A stretch of DNA of 64,000 bases from Eledone cirrhosa (taxonomy: Eukaryota): NCBI GenBank assembly GCA_964016885.1, contig OZ024764.1:5890001-5954000 (forward strand). The letters run 5' to 3'. The notes beneath the pieces were generated by a model. That model saw only the letters and a program-made list of their open reading frames with translations. It did not search any database and had not been told where the DNA came from. A program made the position numbers and the translations under genes. The stretch's first letter is position 1; each line of letters opens with the position of its first letter. Below, one piece after another: positions 24,101 to 39,300 of the stretch.

Positions 24101-27100
24101 TTACTGTGATAATACAATAGTATATATAGAGTAATGTAAATGTTATGTGAGATATTATGTGAGGTGAAGTCTTTACTGTGACAATACAATAGTATATATA
24201 GAGTAATGTAAATGTTATGTGAGATATTATGAGAGGTAAAGCCTTTACTGTGAAAATACAATAGTATATATAGAGTAATGTAAATGCTAAAGGGTTAATG
24301 AAGACTAGGGGTTTCTCCTTCCACAAAAAAATGGGCAGTTCCTCTGCCCATTGACAGGTTTTATTTTTCATACCTCAGGATTTCCTGCATTTCATCCCAT
24401 TAATAGTCAATTGCTACTTTTGTAGATATATTCCATGGAATATATATCAATATACATGTGTGTAAGTGTATGTGTCATCATCATCATCACCCTCAGCCAA
24501 AATGGACTCAACAATTGATCTCCACTTGGGCCTGTTGTTCATTGTTGTTGCCAAGTCCTGGATTTCAATACCAGAATCTCTGAAGATGACATCGGGATAG
24601 GAGAGCTTGTGGCCCCTGTTATTAGTGACTGTTTGTGGTTTCTATAGCAGTAATGGGGACACAGCCTCAGAGGTGGCACGATGGCAGGGGCCAGCAAATC
24701 GGGATAGGAGCGCTTATGGCCCCTGTTATTAGTGACTACTTGTCGTTTCTAGAGCACTAATGGGGACACAGCCTCAGAGGTGGCACGATGGCAGGGGCCA
24801 GCAAATTGGGATAGGAGCGCTTGTGGCCCCTGTTATTAGTGACTACTTGTCGTTTCCATAGCACTAATGGGGACACAGCCTCAGAGGTGGCACGATGGCA
24901 GTGGCCAGCAAATCGGGATAGGAGATCTTGTGTCCCCTGTTATTAATGACTGCTTGTAGTTTCCAAAGCACTAATGGGGACAGCCTCAGAGGTGGCACGA
25001 TGGTAGTGGCAAGCAAATCAGGATAGGAGAGTCCGCACCCCCTGTTATTAGTGACACTAAAAGGGACATAGTCTCAGAGGTGGCACGATGGCAGTGGCCA
25101 GCAAATCGGGATAGGAGATCTTGTGTCCCCTGTTATTAGTGACTGCTTGTGGTTTCTAGAGCACTAATGGGGACAGCCTCAGAGGTGGCAAGATGGCAGT
25201 GGCCAGCAAATCGGGATAGGAGAGCTTGTGTCCCCTGTTATTAATGACTGCTTGTAGTTTCCAAAGCACTAATGGGGACAGCCTCAGAGGTGGCAAGATG
25301 GCAGTGGCCAGCAAATCGGGATAGGAGAGCTTGTGTCCCTTGTTATTAATGACTGCTTGTAGTTTCCAAAGCACTAATGGGGACAGCCTCACAGGAGGCA
25401 AGATGGCAGTGGCCAGCAAATCTTACTCTCTTTTTACGTACAACAACAGATATGTGTGGGAGGCCGGCATATATCTCTCTCAAAGTCAGATGTTGCCAGC
25501 TTATGTTCTGGGTTACATGTTACCAGTAGACCTGAGGTCAGGGAGAGCCATAGTCGTCATCAATGTGCGAAGGAGTGCAAGTCTCTAGCAGGCTTGGACA
25601 GCCTTATCTGAGTGTCACACACCTGAACCTGACAAATGACTGCAATACTCTCAGTGTGAGTTTACAGCCATCCTGTACAGGTGTTTATGTATATGTTACC
25701 TGCGTTTGATCTCATCAATAGCCAATTCCTGTTTCTGTAGGTATTGCTCACGGAATATTTTGGTGCTTCTGATCAGCAGCATGTAACATTCCTCCTGGCT
25801 TATGTCGGCTGTCTTACCACTTCTACAACAGATATAAGATATAGATATATAGACACACATATAGATATAGGTATACAAGCTGAAGTTGAAGCATATATGC
25901 CCCCACACTCTCCCACTTCAAAAAAGCACCCAGCCCACACTGTAAAGTGGTTGTGTAGGAGACACAGTAAAAAGGCTCCCAGTCTTCACTGTAAAGAAGG
26001 TTAGAGTAAGGAAGGGCATCCAGTCGTAGAAAACCAGCCAGAATATTAACCCCCTGGAAACTGTCCAGAGATGTGCAACCAAGCTAATACCCTCCATCAG
26101 GCATCTACCATACTCTGAAAGCCTTGCTTCCCTGGGTATGGATACATTGCAGCTCTGATGTCTGGCAACAGACGTTAAATTATAAACCACCTTCCAACAA
26201 CCCTGAGCACCTTTTTGAATTCCATGTGTCTAACACCTGTGAACATGCCTACAAAGTCAGAAAACAGCACAGCTCCCATGACTTTCCGAAACATTTTTTC
26301 ACAATCAGAGTTGCTGAAGCATGGAACAAACTACCTGCATCAGTTGTTAGCTGTCGAGACACTACATCCTTTAAAACCTCCATGGAACAAACTCCCTGCA
26401 TCAGTTGTTAGCTGTCGAGACACTGCATCCTTTAAAACCTCCATAGAACAAACTACCTGCATCAGTTGTTAGCTGTCGAGACACTGCATCCTTTAAAACC
26501 TCCATGGAACAAACTCCCTGCATCAGTTGTTAGCTGTCGAGACACTGCATCCTTTAAAACCTCCATGGAACAAACTCCCTGCATCAGTTGTTAGCTGTCG
26601 AGACACTGCATCCTTTAAAACCTCCATGGAACAAACTACCTGCATCAGTTGTTAGCTGTCGAGACACTGCATCCTTTAAAACCTCCATGGAACAAACTAC
26701 CTGCGTCAGTTGTTAGCTGTCGAGACACTGCATCCTTTAAAACCTCCATGGAACAAACTACCTGCATCAGTTGTTAGCTGTCGAGACACTGCATCCTTTA
26801 AAACCTTCATGGAACAAACTACCTGCATCAGTTGTTAGCTGTTGAGACACTGCATCCTTTAAAACCTCCATGGAACAAACTACCTGCGTCAGTTGTTAGC
26901 TGTCGAGACACTGCATCCTTTATAACCTCCATGGAACAAACTACCTGCGTCAGTTGTTAGCTGTCGAGACACTGCATCCTTTATAACCTCCATGGAACAA
27001 ACTACCTGCGTCAGTTGTTAGCTGTCGAGACACTGCATCCTTTATAACCTCCATGCTTCCTGGAATTCACCAACACTAAACCTGATGTTCCCTCTCCATA

Positions 27101-30100
27101 CAAACACACACACATGTATATCATGACTCATACACTGTTCACTTCCCTGACATTTGTACATTATTCTATGTACTATACATGCACCTTTGATGAGTTGTAG
27201 TGCACCTGAGCACTGTACACAATAATTTTCATTATTATTATTATTAATGGGTGGTGGATTGGCAGTAACGGTAGAGGGTCGGACGCCATGCTTGGTAGCA
27301 CAGAGTTACGCCCCTTTCTGATCTGAGTTCAAATCCTGCCGAGGTTAACTTTGCCTTTCATCCTTACGGGGTCGATAAAATAAAGTACCAGTAATGTACT
27401 GGGTTATTGCTGGCCTTGTGCCAATAGTAGAAACAATTACTATGTTCTTGAGCAAGTTTATTTCACGCTGCTCCAGTTTACTCAGCTGAAGAAATGAGTT
27501 GTCCCATCACTGGTGCCAAGCTGTATCGGCCATTGCCTTTCCCTTGGACGTAGTTTAGTGTATATATAGTCTAAATCTAGTGTATATAATATGTATGTTG
27601 TGTATATATAATAAGTCTATACTATATATATATACATATATATGTTATGTCACTGGTGCCAAGCTGTATCAGCCATTGCCTTTCCCTTGGACATAGTTTA
27701 GTGTATATATAGTCTAAATCTAGTGTATATAATGTGTATGTTGTGTATATATAATAAGTATATACTGTGTATATATATGTTATGTCACTGGTGCCAAGCT
27801 GTATCAGCCATTGCCTTTCCCTTGGACGTAGTTTAGTGTATATATAGTCTAAATCTAGTGTATATAATGTGTATGTTGTGTATATATAATAAGTATATAC
27901 TGTGTATATATATGTTATGTCACTGGTGCCAAGCTGTATCAGCCATTGCCTTTCCCTTGGACATAGTTTAGTGTATATATAGTCTAAATCTAGTGTATAT
28001 AATGTGTATGTTGTGTATATATAATAAGTCTATACTATATATATGTATATATATGTTATGTCACTGGTGCCAAGCTGTAACAGCCATTGCCTTTCCCTTG
28101 GATGTAGTTTAGTGTATATATATAGTCTAAATCTAGTGTATATAATGTGTATGTTGTGTATATATAATAAGTATATACTGTGTATATATATACTGTGTAT
28201 ATATATGTTATGTCACTGGTGCCAAGCTGTATCAGCCATTGCCTTTCCCTTGGACATAGTTTAGTGTATATATAGTCTAAATCTAGTGTATATAATGTGT
28301 ATGTTGTGTATATATAATAAGTCTATACTATATATATGTATATATATGTTATGTCACTGGTGCCAAGCTGTATCAGCCATTGCCTTTCCCTTGGACGTAG
28401 TTTAGTGTATATATAGTCTAAATCTAGTGTATATAATGTGTATGTTGTGTATATATAATAAGTATATACTGTGTATATATATGTTATGCCACTGGTGCCA
28501 AGCTGTAACAGCCATTGCCTTTCCCTTGAACGTAGTTTAGTGTATATATATAGTCTAAATCTAGTGTATATAATGTGTATGTTGTGTATATATAATAAGT
28601 CTATACAACCTTGCCTGGACTTGTACCTCAGAGGGGAACTTTGTAGGTTAGGGTCCAAATCACAGAGTCATTGTTGACCGAAGGGGGTGTCTTTACGTTT
28701 ACCCTTTACATAAACATGCATATGTACACATAAATACATACAAATACACACACACATATACACATACAAATATACACAGAAACACACACATATATACCCA
28801 AGTACACACACATACATATATACCCAAGTACATACACACACACATACATATATACACAAGTACATACACACACACACACATACATATATACACAAGTACA
28901 TACATACCCAAGTACACACACACATACATACATATATACCCAAGTACACACACACACATACATACACAAGTACACACAAGTACATAAACACACATACATA
29001 TAAACAAAAGTACACACACACATACATATATACACAAGTACACACATACACACACACACATATATACACAAGTACACACACATACATATATACACAAGTA
29101 CACACACACACATACATACCCAAGTACACACACACATACATACATATATACCCAAGTACACACACACACAAGTACATAAACACACACATACATATAAACA
29201 AAAGTACACACACACATACATATATACACAAGTACACACACACACACACATATATACACAAGTACACACACATACATATATACACAAGTACACACACACA
29301 CATACATATACCCAAGTACACACACACACATACATATATACCCAAGTACACACACACATATATACACAAGTACACACGCACATACATATATACACAAGTA
29401 CACACACACACACACATATAAACACAAGTACACACATACATACATATATACACAAGTACACACACACACATATACACAAGTACACACATACATACATATA
29501 TACACAAGTACACACACACACATACATATATACCCAAGTACACACACACACACATACATATATACCCAAGTACACACACACACACACATATATACACAAG
29601 TACACACACACATACATATATACACATGTATACACACACACACATACATACATACATATATACCCAAGTACACACACAGACATATATACACAAGTACACA
29701 CACACACACATACATATATACCCAAGTACACACACACATACATACATATATACACAAGTACACACACACACATACATACATATACCCAAGTACACACACA
29801 CACATACATATATACCCAAGTACACACACACATATATACACAAGTACACACGCACATACATATATACACAAGTACACACACACACATACATATATACACA
29901 AGTACACACACACACATACATATATACCCAAGTACACACACACATATATACACAAGTACACACATACATACATATATACACAAGTACACACACACACATA
30001 CATATATACCCAAGTACACACACACACACATACATATATACCCAAGTACACACACACACACACATATATACACAAGTACACACACACATACATATATACA

Positions 30101-33099
30101 CATGTATACACACACACATACATACATACATATATACCCAAGTACACACACAGACACATATATACACAAGTACACACATACATACATATATACACAAGTA
30201 CACACACACACATACATATATACCCAAGTACACACACACATATATACACAAGTACACACGCACATACATATATACACAAGTACACACACACATATATACA
30301 CAAGTACACACGCACATACATATATACCCAAGTACACACACACATATATACACAAGTACACACGCACATACATATATACACAAGTACACACACACACACA
30401 CATACATATAAACACAAGTACACACACACATACATATATACCCAAGTACACACATACATACATATACCCAAGTACACACACATACATACACAAGTACACA
30501 CAACACAACACAAACAAAACAATAAAGAAGAAAAAGAAGTATTTACTTGAGTAGTGGTGTACTTGCTGACCTCTGGAGTATTTTGGCCACTTGTCGGTCA
30601 AATGGTTCCTTGGACAATACCTTTAGTGGAGAACCAAAGAGTTGGGAGGAATTGATAGTGGAACAACTGTGAATGGCTGGTAATTTGTAGCGTTCACTGG
30701 AATAGAAGTATATATATACATATCATCATCATCGTTTAACGTCCGTGTTCCACGCTTGCATGGGTTTGGACGGGAGTTTTCCCACTTGAGGCAATATTGG
30801 TTGTGTTGTTCGCATAGGACTGTCTGGCGGGTTTTCTACGGCTGGATGCCCTTCCTAACACCAACTACGTTTACAGTGTGGACTGGGAGGTTTTTACCGT
30901 GTTACCTACACGGCCACATTACAGCGTGGACTGTCTGGCGGGTTTTCTACGGCTGGATGCCCTTCCTAACACCAACCACGTTTACAGTGTGGGGCAGGGA
31001 GGTTTTTACCGTGTTACCTACACGGCCACATTACAGCGTGGACTGTCTGGCGGGTTTTCTACGGCTGGATGCCCTTCCTAACACCAACTACGTTTACAGT
31101 GTGGAACTGGGAGGTTTTTACCGTGTTACCTACACGGCCACATTACAGTGTGGACTGTCTGGCGGGTTTTCTACGGCTGGATGCCCTTCCTAACACCAAC
31201 TACGTTTACAGTGTGGAACTGGGAGGTTTTTACCGTGTTACCTACACGGCCACATTACAGTGTGGACTGTCTGGCGGGTTTTCTACGGCTGGATGCCCTT
31301 CCTAACACCAACTACGTTTACAGTGTGGAACTGGGAGGTTTTTACCGTGTTACCTACACGGCCACATTACAGTGTGGACTGTCTGGCGGGTTTTCTACGG
31401 CTGGATGCCCTTCCTAACACCAACCACGTTTACAGTGTGGAACTGGGAGGTTTTTACCGTGTTGCCTACACGGCCACATTACAGTGTGGACTGTCTGGCG
31501 GGTTTTCTACGGCTGGATGCCCTTCCTAACACCAACCACGTTTACAGTGTGGGGCTGGGAGGTTTTTACCGTGTTACCTACACGGCCACATTACAGCGTG
31601 GACTGTCTGGCGGGTTTTCTACGGCTGGATGCCCTTCCTAACACCAACCACGTTTACAGTGTGGAACTGGGAGGTTTTTACCGTGTTACCTACACGGCCA
31701 CATTACAGCGTGGACTGTCTGGCGGGTTTTCTACGGCTGGATGCCCTTCCTAACACCAACTACGTTTACAGTGTGGAACTGGGAGGTTTTTACCGTGTTA
31801 CCTACACGGCCACATTACAGCGTGGACTGTCTGGCGGGTTTTCTACGGCTGGATGCCCTTCCTAACACCAACTACGTTTACAGTGTGGAACTGGGAGGTT
31901 TTTACCGTGTTACCTACACGGCCACATTACAGCGTGGACTGTCTGGCGGGTTTTCTACGGCTGGATGCCCTTCCTAACACCAACTACGTTTACAGTGTGG
32001 GGCTGGGAGGTTTTTACCGTGTTACCTACACGGCCACATTACAGTGTGGACTGTCTGGCGGGTTTTCTACGGCTGGATGCCCTTCCTAACACCAACTACG
32101 TTTACAGTGTGGAACTGGGAGGTTTTTACCGTGTTACCTACACGGCCACATTACAGCGTGGACTGTCTGGCGGGTTTTCTACGGCTGGATGCCCTTCCTA
32201 ACACCAACTACGTTTACAGTGTGGGGCTGGGAGGTTTTTACCGTGTTACCTACACGGCCACATTACAGTGTGGACTGTCTGGCGGGTTTTCTACGGCTGG
32301 ATGCCCTTCCTAACACCAACTACGTTTACAGTGTGGAACTGGGAGGTTTTTACCGTGTTACCTACACGGCCACATTACAGCGTGGACTGTCTGGCGGGTT
32401 TTCTACGGCTGGATGCCCTTCCTAACACCAACTACGTTTACAGTGTGGAACTGGGAGGTTTTTACCGTGTTACCTACACGGCCACATTACAGCGTGGACT
32501 GTCTGGCGGGTTTTCTACGGCTGGATGCCCTTCCTAACACCAACTACGTTTACAGTGTGGAACTGGGAGGTTTTTACCGTGTTACCTACACGGCCACATT
32601 ACAGTGTGGACTGTCTGGCGGGTTTTCTACGGCTGGATGCCCTTCCTAACACCAACTACGTTTACAGTGTGGAACTGGGAGGTTTTTACCGTGTTACCTA
32701 CACGGCCACATTACAGCGTGGACTGTCTGGCGGGTTTTCTACGGCTGGATGCCCTTCCTAACACCAACTACGTTTACAGTGTGGAACTGGGAGGTTTTTA
32801 CCGTGTTACCTACACGGCCACATTACAGTGTGGACTGTCTGGCGGGTTTTCTACAGCTGGATGCCCTTCCTAACACCAACCACATTTACAGTGTGGGGCT
32901 GGGAGGTTTTTACCGTGTTACCTACATGGCCACATTACAGCGTGGACTGTGTGTTTTTTTGTTGTGACACCTACACGACCTCATTTGTTTCGGACTGGAT
33001 GTTGTGACACCAACATAACTTTACATTGAAAGGGGTGGTGTGGATGGGTGGGGGTAGTGGGACGGGTGTGTATTTTGTTAGAGGTGCCTACTGTACTGA

Positions 33100-33142
<43 letters not shown>

Positions 33143-33294
33143 TTTTGTGAGGTTTTTGATATGAAATCGTGTGTCGAAACAAATATTGTTATACTTGGGG
33201 AGGGTCATATTTGTGTAATATTGCCAGAATTAATAACAGATGTTATTAATTCTGGCAATATTACACAAATATGACCCTCCCCAAGTATAACAAA

Positions 33295-33325
<31 letters not shown>

Positions 33326-33758
33326 GTGTGTGATGGATGCATATGGCTTAGTGGTTAGAGCCTTGGGCTTGCAATCGAAAGGTTGTGAGTTCAATTCTCA
33401 GACCGGGTGATGTGTTGTTTCCTTGAGCAAGACACTTTATTTCACATTGCTCCAGTTTACTCAGCTGTAGAAATGAGATGATAGGGACTGGGGTCCCTAT
33501 CATTCCACTGTAAAGTGGTCGTGGAGGTGCCACGGCAAAAAAGCACCCAGCACTCACTGTAAATGAGGTTGGTGTTAGGAAGGGCATCCAGCTGTAGAAA
33601 TCAAGCCAGAATCAGTTCCCGTCCCACCCTTGCAAGCAGGGAAAGGTGAACGTAAAATGATGATGATGATGATGATATATAATGTGTGTATATATGTATG
33701 TATATCATCATCATCATCTTCGTTTAACGTCCATCTTCCACCCTAGCATGGGTGTGTG

Positions 33759-33799
<41 letters not shown>

Positions 33800-34038
33800 A
33801 TGTATGTGTGCGTATGTATATATATATATATAACGAAGAAAGTGTGGTAAGGAACCAGGTGGACCATAACCCACCAGAGTACTCGATACTATGGGTAGTA
33901 GAGTGGGTAATAGTGAAAGAGTCAGGACCCCGACGGCTGAGCTCTGGCAGTTTGAACAGCTAGATCTGAACTCAGAACTCTGTTCAGAACTAGCTGTCGA
34001 AACGGCTGGAGTTCAGCCATCGGGGTTCTGACACTTTT

Positions 34039-34087
<49 letters not shown>

Positions 34088-36107
34088 ATACTTGGAGAGG
34101 GTCATATTTGTGTAATATTGCCAGAATTAATAACAGAACACACTCACTGTTTGGTTGGTTTTCGCTTCTGTGTCTTTTATATCGGTAATCTAATATAATC
34201 TAATATACTCGGTCTTCAATGTTGCCATTGACTGACCGACGGTCAAAAATAATACAGATACAATATAGACACAAACACATATATATAGTTTATCATAAAT
34301 CTTTCGTTGCACATCTGCAACATTGTCAGTGGTGCTATTGTTTCCTCCTGTTGAATTGTATGGCTACGCCATTTTTATTCAGTCTGTCTATATCTGGCAA
34401 TATTACACAAATATGACCCTCCCCAAGTATAACAATATTTGTTTCGACACACGATTTCATATAAAAAACCTCGCAAAACTAATTCATCGCCGTTATATAT
34501 ATACCCTTTTGGGGACAGCATGTATTTTATCTTTGGGAGGACTGCTGGATTTTCTAATCTACCAGTCTCTTCTTAACGCTGAGGGAGACCATCACCATTC
34601 TATAAATGTTGATATAATCCTTATATCGATATTATTTGGGCTTCCACTGATGAGTTTATAAGAGCCCACTTGTGTATAAAACTATGGATTATATACAAGT
34701 TTCTACATAACCTGGAAATTATTTATCCCAAATTGTAGAAATCTTATAACGAAATGGCCGTCTGGAAGGAAAGAGATATTTATTTAATAATGTCTCATAA
34801 AATAATACAACCAGCTATCCACGAAATACTGATTAGTTAGCACCCCAAACACTAAATTGGGATAATACTTAGGTATATCCTAATGTTTGTTGAGTGAGAT
34901 GGAGTTGGTCGGAGTATCGCTTAAGGCTTTCTCTGTTTATGTATTGTATATATAAATATATATATATATAGTAATAATAATTGTTTCTACTTTTGGCACA
35001 AGGCCAGCAATTATACCAGTGCAATACTGGTACTTTTATTTTATCGACCCCATAAGGATGAAAGGCAAAGTCAACCTCGGCGTAAAGGGACGTAACTCTA
35101 TGCTGGAAAGCATGGCGTCCGACTCTCTACCGATACTGCCAATCCTCCACCTTATTATAATAATAATTCTTTGCTTAAACTAACTTTAATCTGTTATTTT
35201 AATATATATATATATGTGTCTGCATGTATGTATATATATGCATACTACTGTACGTCTGTATACATACATACTTGCATTTAAGTAACAGCCGTACTAAGAG
35301 AGAGAAATGAAATTTCGTTTCATTCTTTTCCATTTATCGTTTTCGGTGCGCCCGGCCGACTAACTCACTCGATATGCAAATTAGGCTGCTCAGCCGTTAA
35401 TATGCATAAGGAAAGTATATACTTTCAGATGTTCAACCATCTGGCAGGAAGGTATACAATGCTGACAATAGCTAATAAGCTTGAAACTAGTACATCGTTC
35501 CTTTGTCAGTGTTGAACAAAAAGGTGACGTGGTTGCCTAAACACTGTATGGCGTAATTCGGGATGTTTGTTCGTTTACAAACAAATAAACCGAGCATTAT
35601 AATAAATGTTCGGTAAACCGATATGCGCATATATATATGTGTGCATGTGTGTATATATATACATACTTGCATTTAAGTAACAGCTGTACTAAGAATGAGA
35701 AATGAAATTTCGTTTCATTCTTTTCCATTTATATATATATAAAAGAAAAAGAAAATTTTGCTCTACATGGCTGAATACAATAAATGTAATCTGAATTTTT
35801 CGAATATTAATAACATTTGATGCATAATTGCAAACGAATCAAATGTTATTATTAATATTCGAAAAATTCAGATTACATTTATTGTATTCAGCCATGTAGA
35901 GCAAAATTTTCTTTTTCTTTTTATATATATATATGTGTGTGTGTGTATGTATATATATTTATATTAGAACACTTGTGATCTGTTGGGTCATGTTCACTTT
36001 AAAATATACAGACAGACATGTATGTAATGTGAAATGAAACTGGAAGGCCCATATATATATATATATGTGTGTGTGTGTATATATCTGTGTATATATATAT
36101 ATATATG

Positions 36108-36194
<87 letters not shown>

Positions 36195-36199
36195 GTGTA

Positions 36200-36240
<41 letters not shown>

Positions 36241-36273
36241 GTATATATGTATATATGTCTGTGTATATATATG

Positions 36274-36362
<89 letters not shown>

Positions 36363-39300
36363 ATATATCTGTGTATATATATATATATATATATATGTCG
36401 GTGTCTGAGATCTATATACACTGGTCAGACACACACTCACACATATATATATACACACACACACACAACAACACCACCAGCTCTCTCTTCCATTCTCCTT
36501 CTCTGTCTCCTTTCCCTCTCCCTATGTCTCTCAATTTACTCTGTCACAACCACTATCTCTTTCTCTCTATTTATGAAGGTACCCAGAAAAACCCCATATC
36601 TCGGGAACCCGTGATCTGATTTACATGAAACTTGTTTTATTCCATTTGTATTCCCATTTCAGGGTCAACTTCCTTTCAAAGTATTTTCCCATTATGCTCC
36701 CTTTTGGCTGTATACGAAAGGTCGGTTATATGATGCCTGTGTGAGGTGCGCGATGCTGCATGGTAGTGAGACATGGGCAGCAACTGCAGAGGATATGCGA
36801 CGGCTGGAGAGAAATGAAGCAAGCATTCTCTGTGGGATGTGCAATGTCAATATGTATGAATGACCAATCATAGACGAGTTGAGAGAGAAACTGTGTATAA
36901 GAGGGATAAGTTGTGGTGTGAGGGAGAGAAGACTGAGATGGTATGGACATGTGATGTGTTGAGAGAGAAACTGTGTATAAGAGGGATAAGTTGTGGTGTG
37001 TGGGAGAGAAGACTGAGATGGTATGGACATGTGATGTGTTGAGAGAGAAACTGTATCTGAGAGGGATATGTTGTGGTGTGTGGGAGAGAAGACTGAAATG
37101 GTATGGACATGTGATGTGTTGAGAGAGAAACTGGGTATAAGAGGGATAAGTTGTAGTGTGTGGGAGAGAAGACTGCGATGGGATGGTCATGTGATAAGTT
37201 GAGAGAGAAACTGGGTATAAGAGGGATAAGTTGTGGTGTGTGGGAGAGAAGACTGAGATGGTATGGTCATGTGATGAGTTGAGAGAGAAACTGGGTATAA
37301 GAGGGATAAGTTGTGGTGTGTGGGAGAGAAGACTGCGATGGTATGGTCATGTGATGAGTTGAGAGAGAAACTGGGTATAAGAGGGATAAGTTGTGGTGTG
37401 TGGGAGAGAAGACTGCGATGGTATGGTCATGTGATGAGTTGAGAGAGAAACTGGGTATAAGAGGGATAAGTTGTGGTGTGTGGGAGAGAAGACTGCGATG
37501 GTATGGTCATATGATGTGTTGAGAGAGAAACTGGGTATAAGAGGGATAAGTTGTAGTGTGTGGGAGAGAAGACTGCGATGGTATGGACATGTGATGTGTT
37601 GAGAGAGAAACTGTGTATAAGAGGGATAAGTTGTAGTGTGTGGGAGGGAAGACTGTGATGGTATGGACATGTGATGTGTTGAGAGAGAAACTGTGTATAA
37701 GAGGGATAAGTTGTAGTGTGTGGGAGAGAAGACTGTGATGGTATGGACATGTGATGTGTTGAGAGAGAAACTGTGTATAAGAGGGATAAGTTGTAGTGTG
37801 TGGGAGAGAAGACTGTGATGGTATGGACATGTGATGTGTTGAGAGATAAACTGTGTATAAGAGGGATAAGTTGTAGTGTGTGGGAGAGAAGACTGCGATG
37901 GTATGGACATGTGATGTGTTGAGAGAGAAACTGTGTATAAGAGGGATAAGTTGTAGTGTGTGGGAGAGAAGACTGCGATGGTATGGTCATGTGATGTGTT
38001 GAGAGAGAAACTGTGTATAAGAGGGATAAGTTGTAGTGTGTGGGAGAGAAGACTGTGATGGTATGGACATGTGATGTGTTGAGAGATAAACTGTGTATAA
38101 GAGGGATAAGTTGTAGTGTGTGGGAGAGAAGACTGCGATGGTATGGACATGTGATGTGTTGAGAGAGAAACTGTGTATAAGAGGGATAAGTTGTAGTGTG
38201 TGGGAGAGAAGACTGCGATGGTATGGTCATGTGATGTACATGGAGGATGACTGCTGGGTAAAGAAGTGCCAAGAAATCCCAGTAGAAGGAAGACCACGAA
38301 AAACATGGGCGGAGGTGGTGAGAGCTGACCTCAGATTGCTGAAACTCACCGAGGAGATGACGAAGGACTGTGACAAGTGGAGAGATGTGTGCTTAATAAG
38401 ACCTGTCCCACCCTTCCGTGAGCTTCAGTAATCTGAGGTCAGCTCTCACCACCTCCGCCCATGTTTTTTTGTGGTCTTCCTCCACTGCATCTTCCTTATA
38501 TACACACACACACACACATACATAAGTTGACAGTCGATTGACTTTCGTCAAATTGGACCGAGGAAACAATGTTTCCGTTGGTCTTTCCAATTGCTAGTAC
38601 TATCTATTGGCCACAACTCCAGGTAGAAGGAGCAACGTGAAATAAAGTGTCTTGCTCAAGGACATAACGCATCGCCCGGTCCGAGAATCGAACTGACACC
38701 TCACAATCTCAGCCATGTGTCTTCATATCCTTATGGGATTGATAAAATAAAGTACCAGTAATACACTGGGGTAATTGCTGGCCTTGTGCCAAAAGTAGAA
38801 ACAATTATTATCCTCATCAATAACATGGAGTGTCTAGATGTATTGATGTTACATGGTTGTTAGTCAATTATGGGAATCTCTAACCACTCAGCCATGCGTT
38901 TTCATGTACATATATATATATCATCATCATCATCATCATCATCGTTTAACGTCCATGTTCCACGCTTGCATGGGTTTGGATGGGAGTTTTCCCACTTGAG
39001 GCAAGTTTGGTTGTCTTGCTCGTATAGGACTGTCTGCCCTTCCTAACACCAACCACGTTTACAGTGTGGGGCTGGGAGGTTTTTACTGTGTTACCTACAC
39101 GGCCACATTACAGCGTGGACTGTGTGTTTTATTGTCGTGACACCTACACGTCTGGCAGGTTTTCTACGGCTGGATGCCCTTCCTAACACCAACCACGTTT
39201 ACAGTGTGGACTGGGAGGTTTTTACCGTGTTACCTACATGGCCACATTACAGTGTGGACTGTGTGTTTTTTTGTCGTGACACCTACACGACCTCATTTGT

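Noticed and set aside
28668-30601. Three overlapping ORFs of more than 600 aa
   Set aside because: CA/TA microsatellite lacking stops in several frames; the true exon at 30547-30696 uses another frame
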